Shown here one piece after another: positions 50,806-61,236 of a DNA stretch of 64,000 bases; the stretch's first letter is position 1, and each line of letters opens with the position of its first letter. Location: assembly GCA_000165345.1 (NCBI GenBank), contig CM000431.1, positions 224,001-288,000 on the forward strand, read 5' to 3'. A program made the position numbers and the translations under genes. A model generated the notes under the pieces. The model worked only from the letters and a program-made list of their open reading frames with translations. It had not been told where the DNA came from and did no database searches.

Positions 50806-52119
50806 TTATTGTTGATTTGGATGACTCTGTATCCTCTGATCTTGCCCAAATCCACTACGTCTCCTGATCTTTTCACATGCAGAGACTGATGCTACAGTCT
50901 TATTCACTCTTTCTTCAAAGTTCTTGTTCTTACATGACAAATACTTTTCTATTGCTCTAGGTACCCATGGCTGTCTATAGTATTCTGCATACTTATCAGC
51001 AATCTGGTATTCATAAATAGCATTAGGATCTGATAATATGTTATTAATTGAGTTATTTCCATATAATTGAAAGTGCTTTGTAGTTAATAGTGAGTGAATG
51101 AAATCCACAGGATCATTCGCAAATCCTTGATAAAAGTTTATCTTATTACAAGAGCTATATATCTTTGACAATATACTCTGATTCTTATGATAAAGCTCCT
51201 CTAAAGCTTTATTAATGTTAGAAAATTCACCACTTTCTTGGATTCTGGTTGACATATTTGGAAGCCACAATGTGATGTCTCCTGGAACATTCTCAGTAAG
51301 ATCTATAGTAAAATCATAGGTTGATTCATTGTCAATCCAATCTCCTTTCAAAGCTAATCTATGTCTGATCTTTATTGGTTTTGGAGGTAATAAATGCTGT
51401 TTTAAAAGATCTGGAACATCTTTAAGTAGAACATGTTCAGTATCTACTGATAACAATTTGCCAAGATATTCATCTATCATAATACTATCATGAGAAGCTT
51501 TTGAGTTTTGAAGCCCTTTCATTTCCACATATTGCCAAATTCTTTTCACAATACTCGGAAGGTTGGCCAAACTTGTTCCCATAAACTCTTCTAACTGAGG
51601 AGATAAGCTATAGTGAGGAGTTCTATAATCTAAAAAAAACAGTATATCTATATCTCTTTCCTCATCTCCAATACGATGTATTTCCAAACCATCACATTCT
51701 GGAGTTGGACTTGTCTTCTTATCCCATATAATAGTTTCTGTTTCTGACAACTGAATAATAATTTTAGAAAAGATTGAAGTAAATCTAGGCTGATAAGCAT
51801 CTCCTTGAATAATGGATCCAAGTATCTTAAGAGTCCAAGATGGAGGAACTTTTCTAGTCCAATCATTATCAAAGCTAAAAGATTCCAACTCAGCATCAGT
51901 TGGTTTCTGACTCTCATATGTGTTGAAAATATGTACTCTTAGCTTCTTCCTATAACATCGAATGCTCTTATCATCCATTAGAGTTAGCCATACATCGCTT
52001 AAGCTATACCTCTGTTGGAGTATTGATTCATCTAAAAGTCTCTCATATTCTAATAAATTTTCGTACTGGTTATACTGCTCCTGAGAAAATTCTTTAATAC
52101 ATTCTGGTATTCTGGCCAT
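50806..52119 (-). CDS. SWI/SNF BAF60/SMARCD-type subunit with SWIB/MDM2 domain
   Basis: 437-aa ORF. The N-terminus RIPECIKEFSQEQYNQYENLLEYERLLDESILQQR...KKLRVHIFNTY parallels BAF60 (RIRELVPES.AY..LL.FERKLD..I.RKR...RKLR.YISNTF). The SWIB-like segment is LANLPSIVKRIWQYVEMKGLQNSKASHDSIMIDEYLGKLL. Confidence 0.8.
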   Translation of the reverse strand: MARIPECIKEFSQEQYNQYENLLEYERLLDESILQQRYSLSDVWLTLMDDKSIRCYRKKLRVHIFNTYESQKPTDAELESFSFDNDWTRKVPPSWTLKILGSIIQGDAYQPRFTSIFSKIIIQLSETETIIWDKKTSPTPECDGLEIHRIGDEERDIDILFFLDYRTPHYSLSPQLEEFMGTSLANLPSIVKRIWQYVEMKGLQNSKASHDSIMIDEYLGKLLSVDTEHVLLKDVPDLLKQHLLPPKPIKIRHRLALKGDWIDNESTYDFTIDLTENVPGDITLWLPNMSTRIQESGEFSNINKALEELYHKNQSILSKIYSSCNKINFYQGFANDPVDFIHSLLTTKHFQLYGNNSINNILSDPNAIYEYQIADKYAEYYRQPWVPRAIEKYLSCKNKNFEERVNKTVASVSACEKIRRRSGFGQDQRIQSHPNQQ

Positions 52120-52483
52120 TTCTAATTAGAGTATTCTCCCAGTTTTTTGTTGTATTCACACAAGAAACCTAATTACTGAAATGACTTTCTGTCCACCAAT
52201 TTTACTCTTTATAGAATTTCACTATTTTTGTATATTTCCGTGATGCTTAAATAGTCAATTGCTTCCCAATCTCTTAATCTTAAACGTAACTAGAGAATAG
52301 GAAGCTCAGTATTTAGTTTCCTCCCTCTCTCAATTACGTATTACTGTTGGAGTACCCTAAGCGTTATTCCTCTTCAAACCATTAAATTCTTTCTTTCTTA
52401 GGCTCGCCCTTAATTTACCTTGAATTTTTTTCCCGGCTTAGAATGATTTATTGCCTGCAGACCAAATGAATAATATTGGAGAG

Positions 52484-52508
52484 CCCGCCAATAGCCACAT
52501 ATGGCGCC
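52484..52508. promoter_or_regulatory. CCCGCCAAT plus GGCGCCAAA upstream of the BAF60-like gene
   Basis: The sequence is gaGCCCGCCAATagccacatatGGCGCCaaat, about 370-390 nt upstream of the ATG at 52119 (minus strand). Confidence 0.4.
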
Positions 52509-52609
52509 AAATATTGTGAAGTGGGGAGAATAAGTAATGAACATGGAATAAAAGGTGAAGAAATAAAAGAATAGTGATTTAATTAGGTCTAGTAACATCT
52601 ATAGAGCTA

Positions 52610-53325
52610 GCTAGTTACTTGTTGAGAATTCCATGACAAGTTTCTCATATTCGGTTAATGGAGCAGCTTTAGAGACATTTTCCTGGTGAAGCTTACATTC
52701 TTCAGGAGTCATCTTCAGAATTGTTTGAATACCAATTTTCTCAACGCTTTTTGCTGTAAATTTGTTGTTATTGAGAAGCAAGGCTTTCATTAAGGATTGA
52801 AAGTAGTTTTTCTCAAGTTCTCTTTTGTAGTCTTGCCGATTAATAAGATTGAGCGCAGCTAAATCTTGTTTATATAGTTTATCAGCCTAAGTATGACATT
52901 ATTAGGAGTATGTAATTGAAATAAGGAAATTAGTAGGAAGAATCGATCAAAATGGATTAAATGAATATAGATGAGTATTTGATAGTAAACAATAGTAAAT
53001 GAATGAATACTTTTAAGCTTACCTTAATTAATAATGCTTTATGTAGAGATAATGCTCTATTGTCAATGGAAGACCAGGAGTCTTGAATTACTTTTGTTTT
53101 AGTAATTTCTAAGTCTTCTCCTTCATCTGACCTAGACAACATTAATAAATGCTCGACATAATCAAGGAAACCCCAATCCATGGTGTGGCTAATTACATCA
53201 CTTTCTTCATCACTGGACTCTTCAGGAGGAGGTGTTGATCCTGTCTCACTTAAAGTTTTCTCTGTATTCTCGGAAGCACTTGCATTTGCTACTTCTCCGA
53301 CATATTTATTGATAAAGTCAAACAT
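52610..53325 (-). CDS. Hypothetical acidic/helical protein, 2 exons, acceptor site unresolved
   Basis: Exon 1 is 53325-53023 (101 codons, phase 0, donor AAG|GTAAGC). The downstream open frame runs to TAG at 52610-52612 and reads ...LAALNLINRQDYKRELEKNYFQSLMKALLLNNNKFTAKSVEKIGIQTILKMTPEECKLHQENVSKAAPLTEYEKLVMEFSTSN. The in-frame acceptor is a weak AAG that places the exon 2 start at 52864. The stronger TTAG acceptor, with exon start at 52886, is out of frame by 1 nt (see findings). Confidence 0.5.
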
Positions 53326-53517
53326 TTGAGAGATCTTTACTATAAAGGTTTAAAAACGGAATGATTTAATTCAAGAATTTAGGCAGAAAACTAAGTTTGA
53401 ATAGTTTAATTTTCATCCCTTTTAAATAAATCCTTTATTATTCGTTTTCCTCTTTTTAAGTATTATTTCTCAAAATCTTTGTCATTTATTACATTTATGT
53501 ATGCATACACAACAGTT

Positions 53518-53540
53518 GGCGCCGGAACACTCAGGCGGGA
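53518..53540. promoter_or_regulatory. GGCGCC plus GGCGGGA in the divergent promoter of ARF1 and the 53325 gene
   Basis: The sequence is ttGGCGCCggaacactcaGGCGGGAac, between the starts at 53325 (minus) and 53973 (plus). Confidence 0.45.
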
Positions 53541-53954
53541 ACTGTGGCAACATAAAATAAAGGAGGCTAGGCTAAGAAGGAATGGGGATAGTGGGGAAAG
53601 AGGATAAGGAAGAATATAACTCAAGGAAGATAAGATTTTAAGCGTACTTCGGGCTATTGCTTTAGAGTTTGAGATTGTATAATTAAAGCAAACTGGTATT
53701 TGTGGAAGAAAAAAATGATTGGTGTAAAATATAGTGGTTTAATGAAAATTAACAATTCGGCAAAGGAACCGGCAAAATGTATACTGGGATAAATAAAGCG
53801 CCTGTGGGGCAAATGCCAAGATCAAGGCATAAAAACAAATTATTTTCAAGGGAATAAAACTGAGTCTTGAGGAGAAAAGAATATCAAATATTGGATAGTG
53901 ATCTTTAAAAATTAGTTTTTTAAAGAAAATCTAGCATAGGATTAATAAAGGTAA

Positions 53955-54524
<570 letters not shown>

Positions 54525-54954
54525 TCTCTTAGATAATTCTACTTTTAAGTATAATGCCTAATTTAAGGCCTAGGAATCTAAAATTGAGTGTATTGAGAGC
54601 TATTTTCTCTCAATATGTACTACCAAAAGTAGTGAAATCTCTAATAAAGAATAGATTAAAATGTTTCCAATAAGTTACTTTTATTCACATGCTTTTATTT
54701 ACTCTTAAGTTTTCATCAAATATTCATATTAAACATATTTTTTTGGTCACCAGTTTCCCGCCTTAAAGTAGTTGTAGAAATAGGGGGAAAAATTACTGGT
54801 ATAATTATTCGAGCCAAAGAATAATGAACTATTAGAATTGACAATATTTTATTTATTTAAAATCTAATCTTACAATTTTATTAAATAACGCATTTTGCGG
54901 GTAATTGAATTTCTTTTAATGATATAACTACAAAATGTGAGCCTCCATATGTAA

Positions 54955-55026
54955 TCCCACGTAGTCTAGGGGCTAGGATACTCGGCTTTCACCCGGGCGA
55001 CCCGGGTTCGATTCCCGGCGTGGGAG
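54955..55026 (+). tRNA. tRNA-Glu (anticodon UUC)
   Basis: Manual cloverleaf. Acceptor is TCCCACG/CGTGGGA. D arm is GTCT-AGGGGCTA-GGAT. Anticodon stem is CTCGG/CCGGG with loop CT-TTC-AC. Variable region is CGAC. T arm is CCGGG-TTCGATT-CCCGG. Discriminator is G. It matches the eukaryotic tRNA-Glu pattern (TCCC..GTCTAG.GG.TAGGAT...CCCGGGTTCGATTCCCGG). Confidence 0.93.
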
Positions 55027-55028
55027 TG

Positions 55029-55032
55029 TTTT
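55029..55032 (+). terminator. T4 run 3 nt after tRNA-Glu (possible weak Pol III terminator)
   Basis: The sequence g-TG-TTTT-atcc follows directly after the discriminator base. Confidence 0.4.
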
Positions 55033-55150
55033 ATCCGTGAAGGAGGATTGCACCGCTGCCTGACTCCGATCGCACTGTTTAGCCCGCAGTGCGAGCTGTA
55101 GGAGTTCGGGCCTCGGTTTGGTCTGGGGAGAGGAGGTTCCACCGCGGATA
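55033..55150 (+). ncRNA. Candidate structured small RNA (about 118 nt, Pol III-like), family unassigned
   Basis: This is a GC-rich island in AT-rich intergenic DNA. A terminal stem pairs 55033-55039 (AUCCGUG) with 55143-55149 (CGCGGAU): 7 bp including one U-G pair. An internal hairpin pairs 55070-55077 with 55087-55094 (8 bp, 9-nt loop UUUAGCCCG). It is extended by 55059-55067 pairing with 55101-55109, with one mismatch. A T7 run follows immediately. The only ORF here (54973-55212, minus) overlaps the tRNA and looks spurious. Confidence 0.5.
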
Positions 55151-55151
55151 G

Positions 55152-55158
55152 TTTTTTT
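55152..55158 (+). terminator. T7 run, Pol III-type terminator after the candidate ncRNA
   Basis: The sequence ggata-g-TTTTTTT-aa follows directly after the closing stem. Confidence 0.5.
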
Positions 55159-55293
55159 AATGTATTTTTTGTGTCTTGAACTTTTATAGTTTAGATGAGT
55201 GTTTTCTAGCAATTTTTTATTTATATGAGAGAATAGTTGTTTTTTTGTTAAAACATAATAAGTGTTAATTAGTATGCTGATAGGAAAGATAGA

Positions 55294-56141
55294 ATGAAAA
55301 AAAGAAACGTCTTAATTGGAGTAACGGGGAGCGTTGCAGCAATAAAAATTCATGAATTTATAAAGAAATTAAAAGAAAAAGTTATAAGTAACAATATTGA
55401 AATAGAGATCAAAGTTGTTGCAACTGACTCAGCAAAAAACTTCCTCAATGGTTTAGCTTTAGATTTATTAGTAGATTGTCAAGATGAATTTGGTAATTGG
55501 AAGAGTATGGGGGACGATATTCCTCATATAAGCCTCAGGCAATGGGCTGATTTATATATTATTCTTCCTTTGTCGGCAAATACGTTGGCAAAACTATCTA
55601 ATGGGCTTTGTGACAATGTTTTGGTAAGTTAGCAAAAGTTGTGATTTATGGAGAGGTTGATAAGGTATGAAAATACAAGTTAATGAATACAACGAGTTAT
55701 ATTGTTTTGATATGGAAAATTCTATAAATTTACGAATATGAATAACTTTAACATTTCATAACAATATAAAGTTGTAATGGCAACACCTAAATATGCTAGA
55801 ATATTGCTATTTCGAAGCTTTTTAAACAAACATGTTTAAAGAGTGCATATAGTTCTTCTCCAATTAAAAATCTTGTTCATAACTAATTAACTGACTTAAT
55901 TCAGACTAATATTGCAAGAGCTTGGGATTTCAAGAAACCCATTATAGTTTGTCCCGCAATGAACAGTTTCATGTGGGAGCACCCAATTACTTTAACTCAA
56001 ATTAACATTCTTATCTCTTTTGGTTACAAAGTGGTATTCCCAATTGAAAAAAAGTTGGCATGTGGCGAATATGGGATGGGTGGAATGCAAGAAATTGAAA
56101 AAATTGTTGAACAAATTCTTCTTGAACTAAACTCATCCTAA
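55294..56141 (+). CDS. PPCDC: Phosphopantothenoylcysteine decarboxylase (flavoprotein, CoA biosynthesis), 2 exons
   Basis: Exon 1 is 55294-55623 (110 codons, donor TTG|GTAAGT). The intron is 55624-55904 (281 nt, acceptor TTCAG). Exon 2 is 55905-56141, in frame with the track ORF at 55959. The protein reads VLIGVTGSVAAIKI...HISLRQWADLYIILPLSANTLAKLSNGLCDNVL/TNIARAWDFKKPIIVCPAMNSFMWEHPIT...ACGEYGMGGM, which matches PPCDC motifs (G.TGSVAA.K, PAMN..MW.HP.T) from memory. Confidence 0.85.
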
Positions 56142-56207
56142 ACAATTTTAGCTTATGGATAATATAAATTTATTTTCAGTCATTTCATGTTAACTACATG
56201 TCATCAT

Positions 56208-56227
56208 TGCATGCAAATCTGCATGCA
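56208..56227. promoter_or_regulatory. Two TGCATGCA palindromes in a convergent 3'-3' gap
   Basis: TGCATGCA occurs at 56208-56215 and 56220-56227, between the PPCDC stop (56141) and the minus-strand gene ending at 56483. Confidence 0.35.
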
Positions 56228-56482
56228 CTACTACGTGTATTATTTAATGGAAAAACAAGAAAAAAAAATTATAGGCTTAAATAATATTTAGAGACTCCAT
56301 TTTAAGTAACTCAAGAGTGTAAAGGTAGATAACATATCTAGATTTGGAAGATAATTTAGAAATAGATGCAACAAATCTAGTTTTAATACAGTTATTCTAT
56401 CTATTTCTTTGTAAAATCAGACGGATAATTAAGAAATAGTACAGAACTGAATAACAGTTCCATCATAGTCTTTAATGACAAT

Positions 56483-56893
56483 TCATCCCATACATCCCAA
56501 AGGACGTGATGGTTGAGTTTCACTCCAATATTTCCCAAAATTTTCTTCTCCTTTTTCAAATTGTAAACCTCTATTTCTACCAGAATTTCTTTGGAATACA
56601 TTCCTTCTTTGATCAATACTAATGTCTAATTGCTGGAAGAAACTTGGAACTCCCAAATTTGACATATAGTGTACTACATATGGTGGAGAAGATACAAATG
56701 GATAACTACAAGTTACTTCTGGATACTTATATCTTGGGGAATATGGATAGTAATCAAATGGGACAGCAGAAACCGGTGGTAATATAACAGAGTCAGGATG
56801 AAATACTTGTTCTTCTTGCATTTCTTCCTCTACTGGATTCATGCATTGTGCCAAAACTGATAAATCTTTTCTTGGCGAATTTATGTTAACCAT
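56483..56893 (-). CDS. Hypothetical Pro/Tyr-rich protein
   Basis: 136-aa ORF with no recognisable motif. An overlapping alternative-frame ORF at 56401-56616 leaves the 3' end unclear. Confidence 0.4.
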   Translation of the reverse strand: MVNINSPRKDLSVLAQCMNPVEEEMQEEQVFHPDSVILPPVSAVPFDYYPYSPRYKYPEVTCSYPFVSSPPYVVHYMSNLGVPSFFQQLDISIDQRRNVFQRNSGRNRGLQFEKGEENFGKYWSETQPSRPLGCMG

Positions 56894-57277
56894 TATTAAC
56901 TTTTTTTTTTAACTTAAATGAAATTCTAAACTTTGCTCACAATTACTGAAAATTTATTCTTTTTATTTAATTTTTATCTTTTTACTACTTTTGTCTTCGT
57001 GACTAATTTAATGATTTACTATTTCCTGATTTACATGAGGCGCCTTGTCTCCAACATGCGCATTTCGGTACTCAAAGTAGATTAGTTGATAAACATTGGT
57101 AATTCAAAAAAAAAAAAAAAAAGATTTTATATTTGGAAATAATAGGGTTATAGCCAAATTTGTAATAGCTTGTATATTGAGTATGCTTATATTTATATTT
57201 GAGTGTTCCAGCTTCAACTTTTAAATAATTTAATAATTTTTAATAATTTTATGAAATATCAAATAAATCAAACATAC

Positions 57278-57296
57278 GGCGCCAAATTTCGGCGCC
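57278..57296. promoter_or_regulatory. Paired E2F-like sites GGCGCCAAATTTCGGCGCC in a divergent promoter
   Basis: GGCGCC occurs at 57278 and 57291, between the minus-strand gene starting at 56893 and TRM7 starting at 57655. Another GGCGCC lies at 57039. Confidence 0.5.
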
Positions 57297-57654
57297 ATTG
57301 ATATTAATTGATTAAAACCGTAAACATAGAAAAGAAAATTATCGCAATTAAAATTACAAGAAAAGTAGGGAGAATATCGCAAAATTTAGTATATTAGGAG
57401 TGGATCTTAATATATTTTTGATTCTGTTTTAAGATTAGATCCTCACTTGTAGTAATGATTCTTTTTGCAAAACATTTTGAATGCAAATAGAATTTCATGC
57501 TTAAATTAATATAATACACAAGCCTCGTGAATAATTTTTAATGGTTCTTCTCTCATAACAGATACCTCTTTACTTCGTTCAGATTTATTAGATTGATTTA
57601 CAAAATAAGAAAAAAATATTAAACTTAAAAATTTATAATAGTATTGTATTACAA

Positions 57655-58482
57655 ATGGGTAAATTAAGTAGAGATCGCAGGGATATTTACTATAGAAGGG
57701 CAAAACAAGAGGGATTTCGTGCAAGATCAGCATATAAACTAATCCAGATAGATGAAAAATATAATATATTTGATAAAGTGACAAGGGCAGTGGATTTATG
57801 TGCAGCTCCTGGAAGTTGGAGTCAGGTTTTGAGCACAAAGTTGCTCAATAATTCAGAGTATAATGAAGGTCAGCCCAAAGAAACTGATCAAATAGATTCA
57901 AATAATGGGGAGGCTCCGTTAATTGTAGCTGTTGATCTACAAGAAATGGCTCCAATTTATGGTGTTAATATTATTAAGGGAGATATCACTTCACAATTGA
58001 CTGTCAGCAGAATTTTGGAATATTTTCAAGGAAAAAAGGCAGATTTAGTATTATGCGATGGATCACCAGATGTGACTGGATTACATGATATTGATGAATA
58101 TATACAAAATCAGCTTTTAGTTTCTTCGCTTAGTATTACAAGCAAGATCATGCGGAAAGGTGGGACATTTGTTGCAAAAATATTTCGAGGGGAAAATATA
58201 TCAAGGATTTACCAACAAATGTTTTGTTACTTTGAACTAGTTGATTGTTGTAAGCCTGAAAGTTCTAGAAATTCAAGCCTTGAGGCTTTTATTGTATGTA
58301 GATATTTCAAATTTGATGACCAAGATTCAACTAATGTTAATTTTGAGATTCCAGATCCATTGACTGTTCCCTTTATTTCTTGTGGAGATCTTTCTGAATA
58401 TGATCCTGATAAAACATATGAGACAGAATATACCAGTTCACTTGAACCTATACAACCTCCAATAAATGCACCTTATCATTAG
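57655..58482 (+). CDS. TRM7: FtsJ-type tRNA 2'-O-ribose methyltransferase (TRM7/FTSJ1)
   Basis: 275-aa ORF. MGKLSRDRRDIYYRRAKQEGFRARSAYKLIQIDEKYNIF..VTRAVDLCAAPGSWSQVLS matches the TRM7/FTSJ1 N-terminus almost motif for motif. It also carries VAVDLQ, DLVLCDGSPDVTGLHDIDE and GGTFVAKIFRG. Confidence 0.9.
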   Translation: MGKLSRDRRDIYYRRAKQEGFRARSAYKLIQIDEKYNIFDKVTRAVDLCAAPGSWSQVLSTKLLNNSEYNEGQPKETDQIDSNNGEAPLIVAVDLQEMAPIYGVNIIKGDITSQLTVSRILEYFQGKKADLVLCDGSPDVTGLHDIDEYIQNQLLVSSLSITSKIMRKGGTFVAKIFRGENISRIYQQMFCYFELVDCCKPESSRNSSLEAFIVCRYFKFDDQDSTNVNFEIPDPLTVPFISCGDLSEYDPDKTYETEYTSSLEPIQPPINAPYH

Positions 58483-58500
58483 AAATTGTACATTTTTATT

Positions 58501-59145
58501 TCATTTAATCCAATTACACTCAAATGGGACCTTAACTTCCAATTGTTCTTCATCTTCAATTCCTATTTCTTTAATTTCCATCTCCATATTTACACAATCC
58601 CCATCAAAGTAAACCTTTATGTCTTCCAAATATTTTTCTGGTTTAGGATTCAAGTTTTTTGAAATATATGTTACTAATTTTTTAACAAGATCATTTCTAT
58701 ACAAAGCTACAACTAAAGTTTTAATTACTATTATATCTGATTCTTTTCTTTTATATACTTTAACATTTAATTTGATTACACTTTTTTCTCTTTCTTCATC
58801 CTCAATTGTGATAACTTGTGAAACTTGCTCATTTTTTGTTCCAACCTTTTTTTGGGTCTTTTCTATAGTTAAAACTGTGTCTTCTTTTCTGGATATTTTC
58901 TTTCTAACAGCTGGTCTAAACTCTTCATAGTCAGAATCTTCTTCTATATGATTGTTGTCATTACTACTAATTTTTTCTCTGGTTTCATTTTGTTGTGATT
59001 CCTTGTTAATACACACTTTTTTTGCTAATCTATTCCTTTTCTGAACTTTTCCTAACCTCCTGTTTACACTCTCTTGACTAAAAGCGATATCTTCTCCAAA
59101 CAAATCGTCATCTTCATTATTTTCTTCTATATTTCTCTCTTCCAT
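58501..59145 (-). CDS. Acidic/Lys-rich protein with a C-terminal SUMO-like (Rad60-SLD-type) domain (tentative)
   Basis: 214-aa ORF. The C-terminal ~90 aa, IKLNVKVYK...LVKKLVTYISKNL...IKVYFDGDCVNMEMEIKEIGIEDEEQLEVKV, parallels SUMO (IKLKV...L+FLF.G..I....TP.ELGMEEEDVIEV). There is no Gly-Gly end. Confidence 0.5.
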   Translation of the reverse strand: MEERNIEENNEDDDLFGEDIAFSQESVNRRLGKVQKRNRLAKKVCINKESQQNETREKISSNDNNHIEEDSDYEEFRPAVRKKISRKEDTVLTIEKTQKKVGTKNEQVSQVITIEDEEREKSVIKLNVKVYKRKESDIIVIKTLVVALYRNDLVKKLVTYISKNLNPKPEKYLEDIKVYFDGDCVNMEMEIKEIGIEDEEQLEVKVPFECNWIK

Positions 59146-59643
59146 GATGATTTTAACATTTATTTACATAAATGCCAATATTTAATCGCAATTAATCTAT
59201 TTTTTTACAAAGATAAATTCCAATTTTGATTAAAATAAACCACACACAGTATTACTATATTATTTGCTTCCCACAATTTTATCCACAATATATAAAAAAT
59301 TCACAAATAAACTCAGATCTACAAGTTCTGACATGTATGAAAAAAAATACAAGAGTTTTTAAGAGGAAGACTGTACGAGAATTAACACTTTCTCTTTATA
59401 TACTCCAGTAACTCAACTATTTAACAACCCTGTATTGTTTTTCTCCCCTTTAATAATTTCAAACAGGCACAATTATGACACGTGGCAGAAATTCCCGCCA
59501 ATCGATTTCATAATTATCAACTAATTGCTAATAAAAATGAAAATTTGCATGCGTAAGATGGCGCTAAAATATAATAATATTAAAATAGTAATGTACAAAA
59601 AATAAATCAAAAAAGAAAAAAAAAAAAAATCTACATTTTCAGT

Positions 59644-60686
59644 CTAGCATGTCTTATACTTTGAGAATTCGATAAGGTCTGTGTCTGGTAGTGTTGAATT
59701 ATAAGGATATAGCGCAACTTTTAAAGTTTCAAGATCACTGGAAATTAAGTGATCAACGGAAGGTAATTTACAACTATGTTTATGAATGATTTCTGAAGGA
59801 GGCATCAAGCAAAACTCTTTGATATCTTTCCATTGACAAATCTTTCTCATCCTGGGACTTTTGTGTTTGAAAAACTCCTCCCAATCTTTTTCAATACTGA
59901 ATTCTTTTTTAACCATATCAGAAATGACATTTCCACTATAACCTGTTACCATTCTTAGTAATGCTTCTTCTACTTTAGAATCTGGAATATGGTCAATATT
60001 TAGCTTTTCATTACTAATTTTAATAGTTTCACCATCGATTTTAATCGTTTTTGAATCTATAGCGGAAATATCATAATCCGGAACTATTGTTAAATGTTCT
60101 ATACACGTATTTAATAGATTTAGGTCATAAAAGTAAACTGGTGACAAAGATTTATAAAGCCAGTTAATCTTATTCAAGTCATCCAATATATTCACATGAT
60201 TCATTCTTGACCTTATTATCACTTTTCTCCAATTTATTCTTACATCTACTAATGTTTGGTTTCCTCTTGTATACTTATTTACATCCCAATCTCCATATCC
60301 TATAATTTGTCTTGAATAATTCTCAAGTTCACATCCACTTGTGGAATTATACTCATATCTCATAAATTCTACCTTTTTTTTTGGAGAAACCTTGTATGTC
60401 CTACTTTCTCTAATATGAACTCTATTATAACCTAGCCATTGACATCCAGAAACTGGGGTCCTAAGCTCAGAACCTGTCATTAACTCGGAATTTATTTTTT
60501 CCTTCGTTTCCCATTTCCCACATATACCTGCACTTGCAATATATTCATCAGATTTTACTTGTATTGTTAAAATACCTATTCAGGTAAATTTAATTACTTT
60601 AATAAAAATATTAAAATTTATATTAATTTAAACTTACCAATAAGTAATAAAGACTGCTTTACAATGAATAAATATTTTCTTAACAT
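59644..60686 (-). CDS. Hypothetical secreted protein, 2 exons
   Basis: Exon 1 is 60686-60638 (MLRKYLFIVKQSLLLI + 1 nt, signal-peptide-like, donor GTAAGT). The intron is 60637-60576 (62 nt, acceptor ATAG). Exon 2 is 60575-59644, in frame with the track ORF at 60480. Total length is 326 aa. No family recognised. Confidence 0.6.
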
Positions 60687-61236
60687 TTTTTTTTTTTTCT
60701 AACCTTTAATTCAATCCACTAACATTCTAGGATTTATTTTGTTCTGGAATAATTAACTTGTCAGCTATAATAACTTTAATTTACTATTTCTCTGAGTATA
60801 CAAAATTTATATCTTATTAATTTCAAAAATTGCCTATTAAATTCCTATATCTTCTATTACTCAACTTAAAACTAAACTTTTATTATTCCTAATTTATTTT
60901 GTGGGCAAATTAATACACACATTTCATTTTTTTCCTAATGCACACACAAAATCGCACACAATTGGGTCAAATCGGACTAGATATATTAAATTTTTAATTT
61001 AAATCACTCTAACCAAAAAAAAGAGAAGCTAATGACTGTATAAGAAGATAATGTTAACAAATCTACTATGTTATTTTAGAAATACATATATATTTTCTTA
61101 TCTCGCCCTCTTCTCATTTATTCTTTCTGTTAGCTTTTATTTCTATCAATTCCCTTTTCCAAATTTATATTCATTGTTTTATTATTTACTTAACACGTAT
61201 GGCGGCAAAGACACCATACATGTGCCAAATCTAAAT

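Noticed and set aside
54973-55212. A 79-aa minus-strand ORF (MLENTHLNYKSSRHKK...)
   Set aside because: It runs antisense through the tRNA-Glu and the GC-rich structured element. It stays open only because the region is GC-rich.
55624-55904. A C/D-box snoRNA hosted in the PPCDC intron
   Set aside because: CUGA is present near the 3' end, but there is no RUGAUGA box or terminal stem at a suitable distance.
56401-56616. A 71-aa ORF overlapping the 3' end of the 136-aa gene, considered as a possible spliced C-terminal exon
   Set aside because: I found no GTAAG donor and acceptor pair that joins the two frames. It is left as unresolved rather than modelled.
57506-57838. A 110-aa minus-strand ORF overlapping the TRM7 start
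   Set aside because: It is antisense to a strongly supported conserved gene and its promoter, with a hydrophobic low-complexity translation. The same reasoning applies to antisense ORFs inside ARF1 (53960, 54215), CDPK1 (61968, 62623), BAF60 (51648), the 986-aa gene (44569-45956) and the membrane protein (32164).
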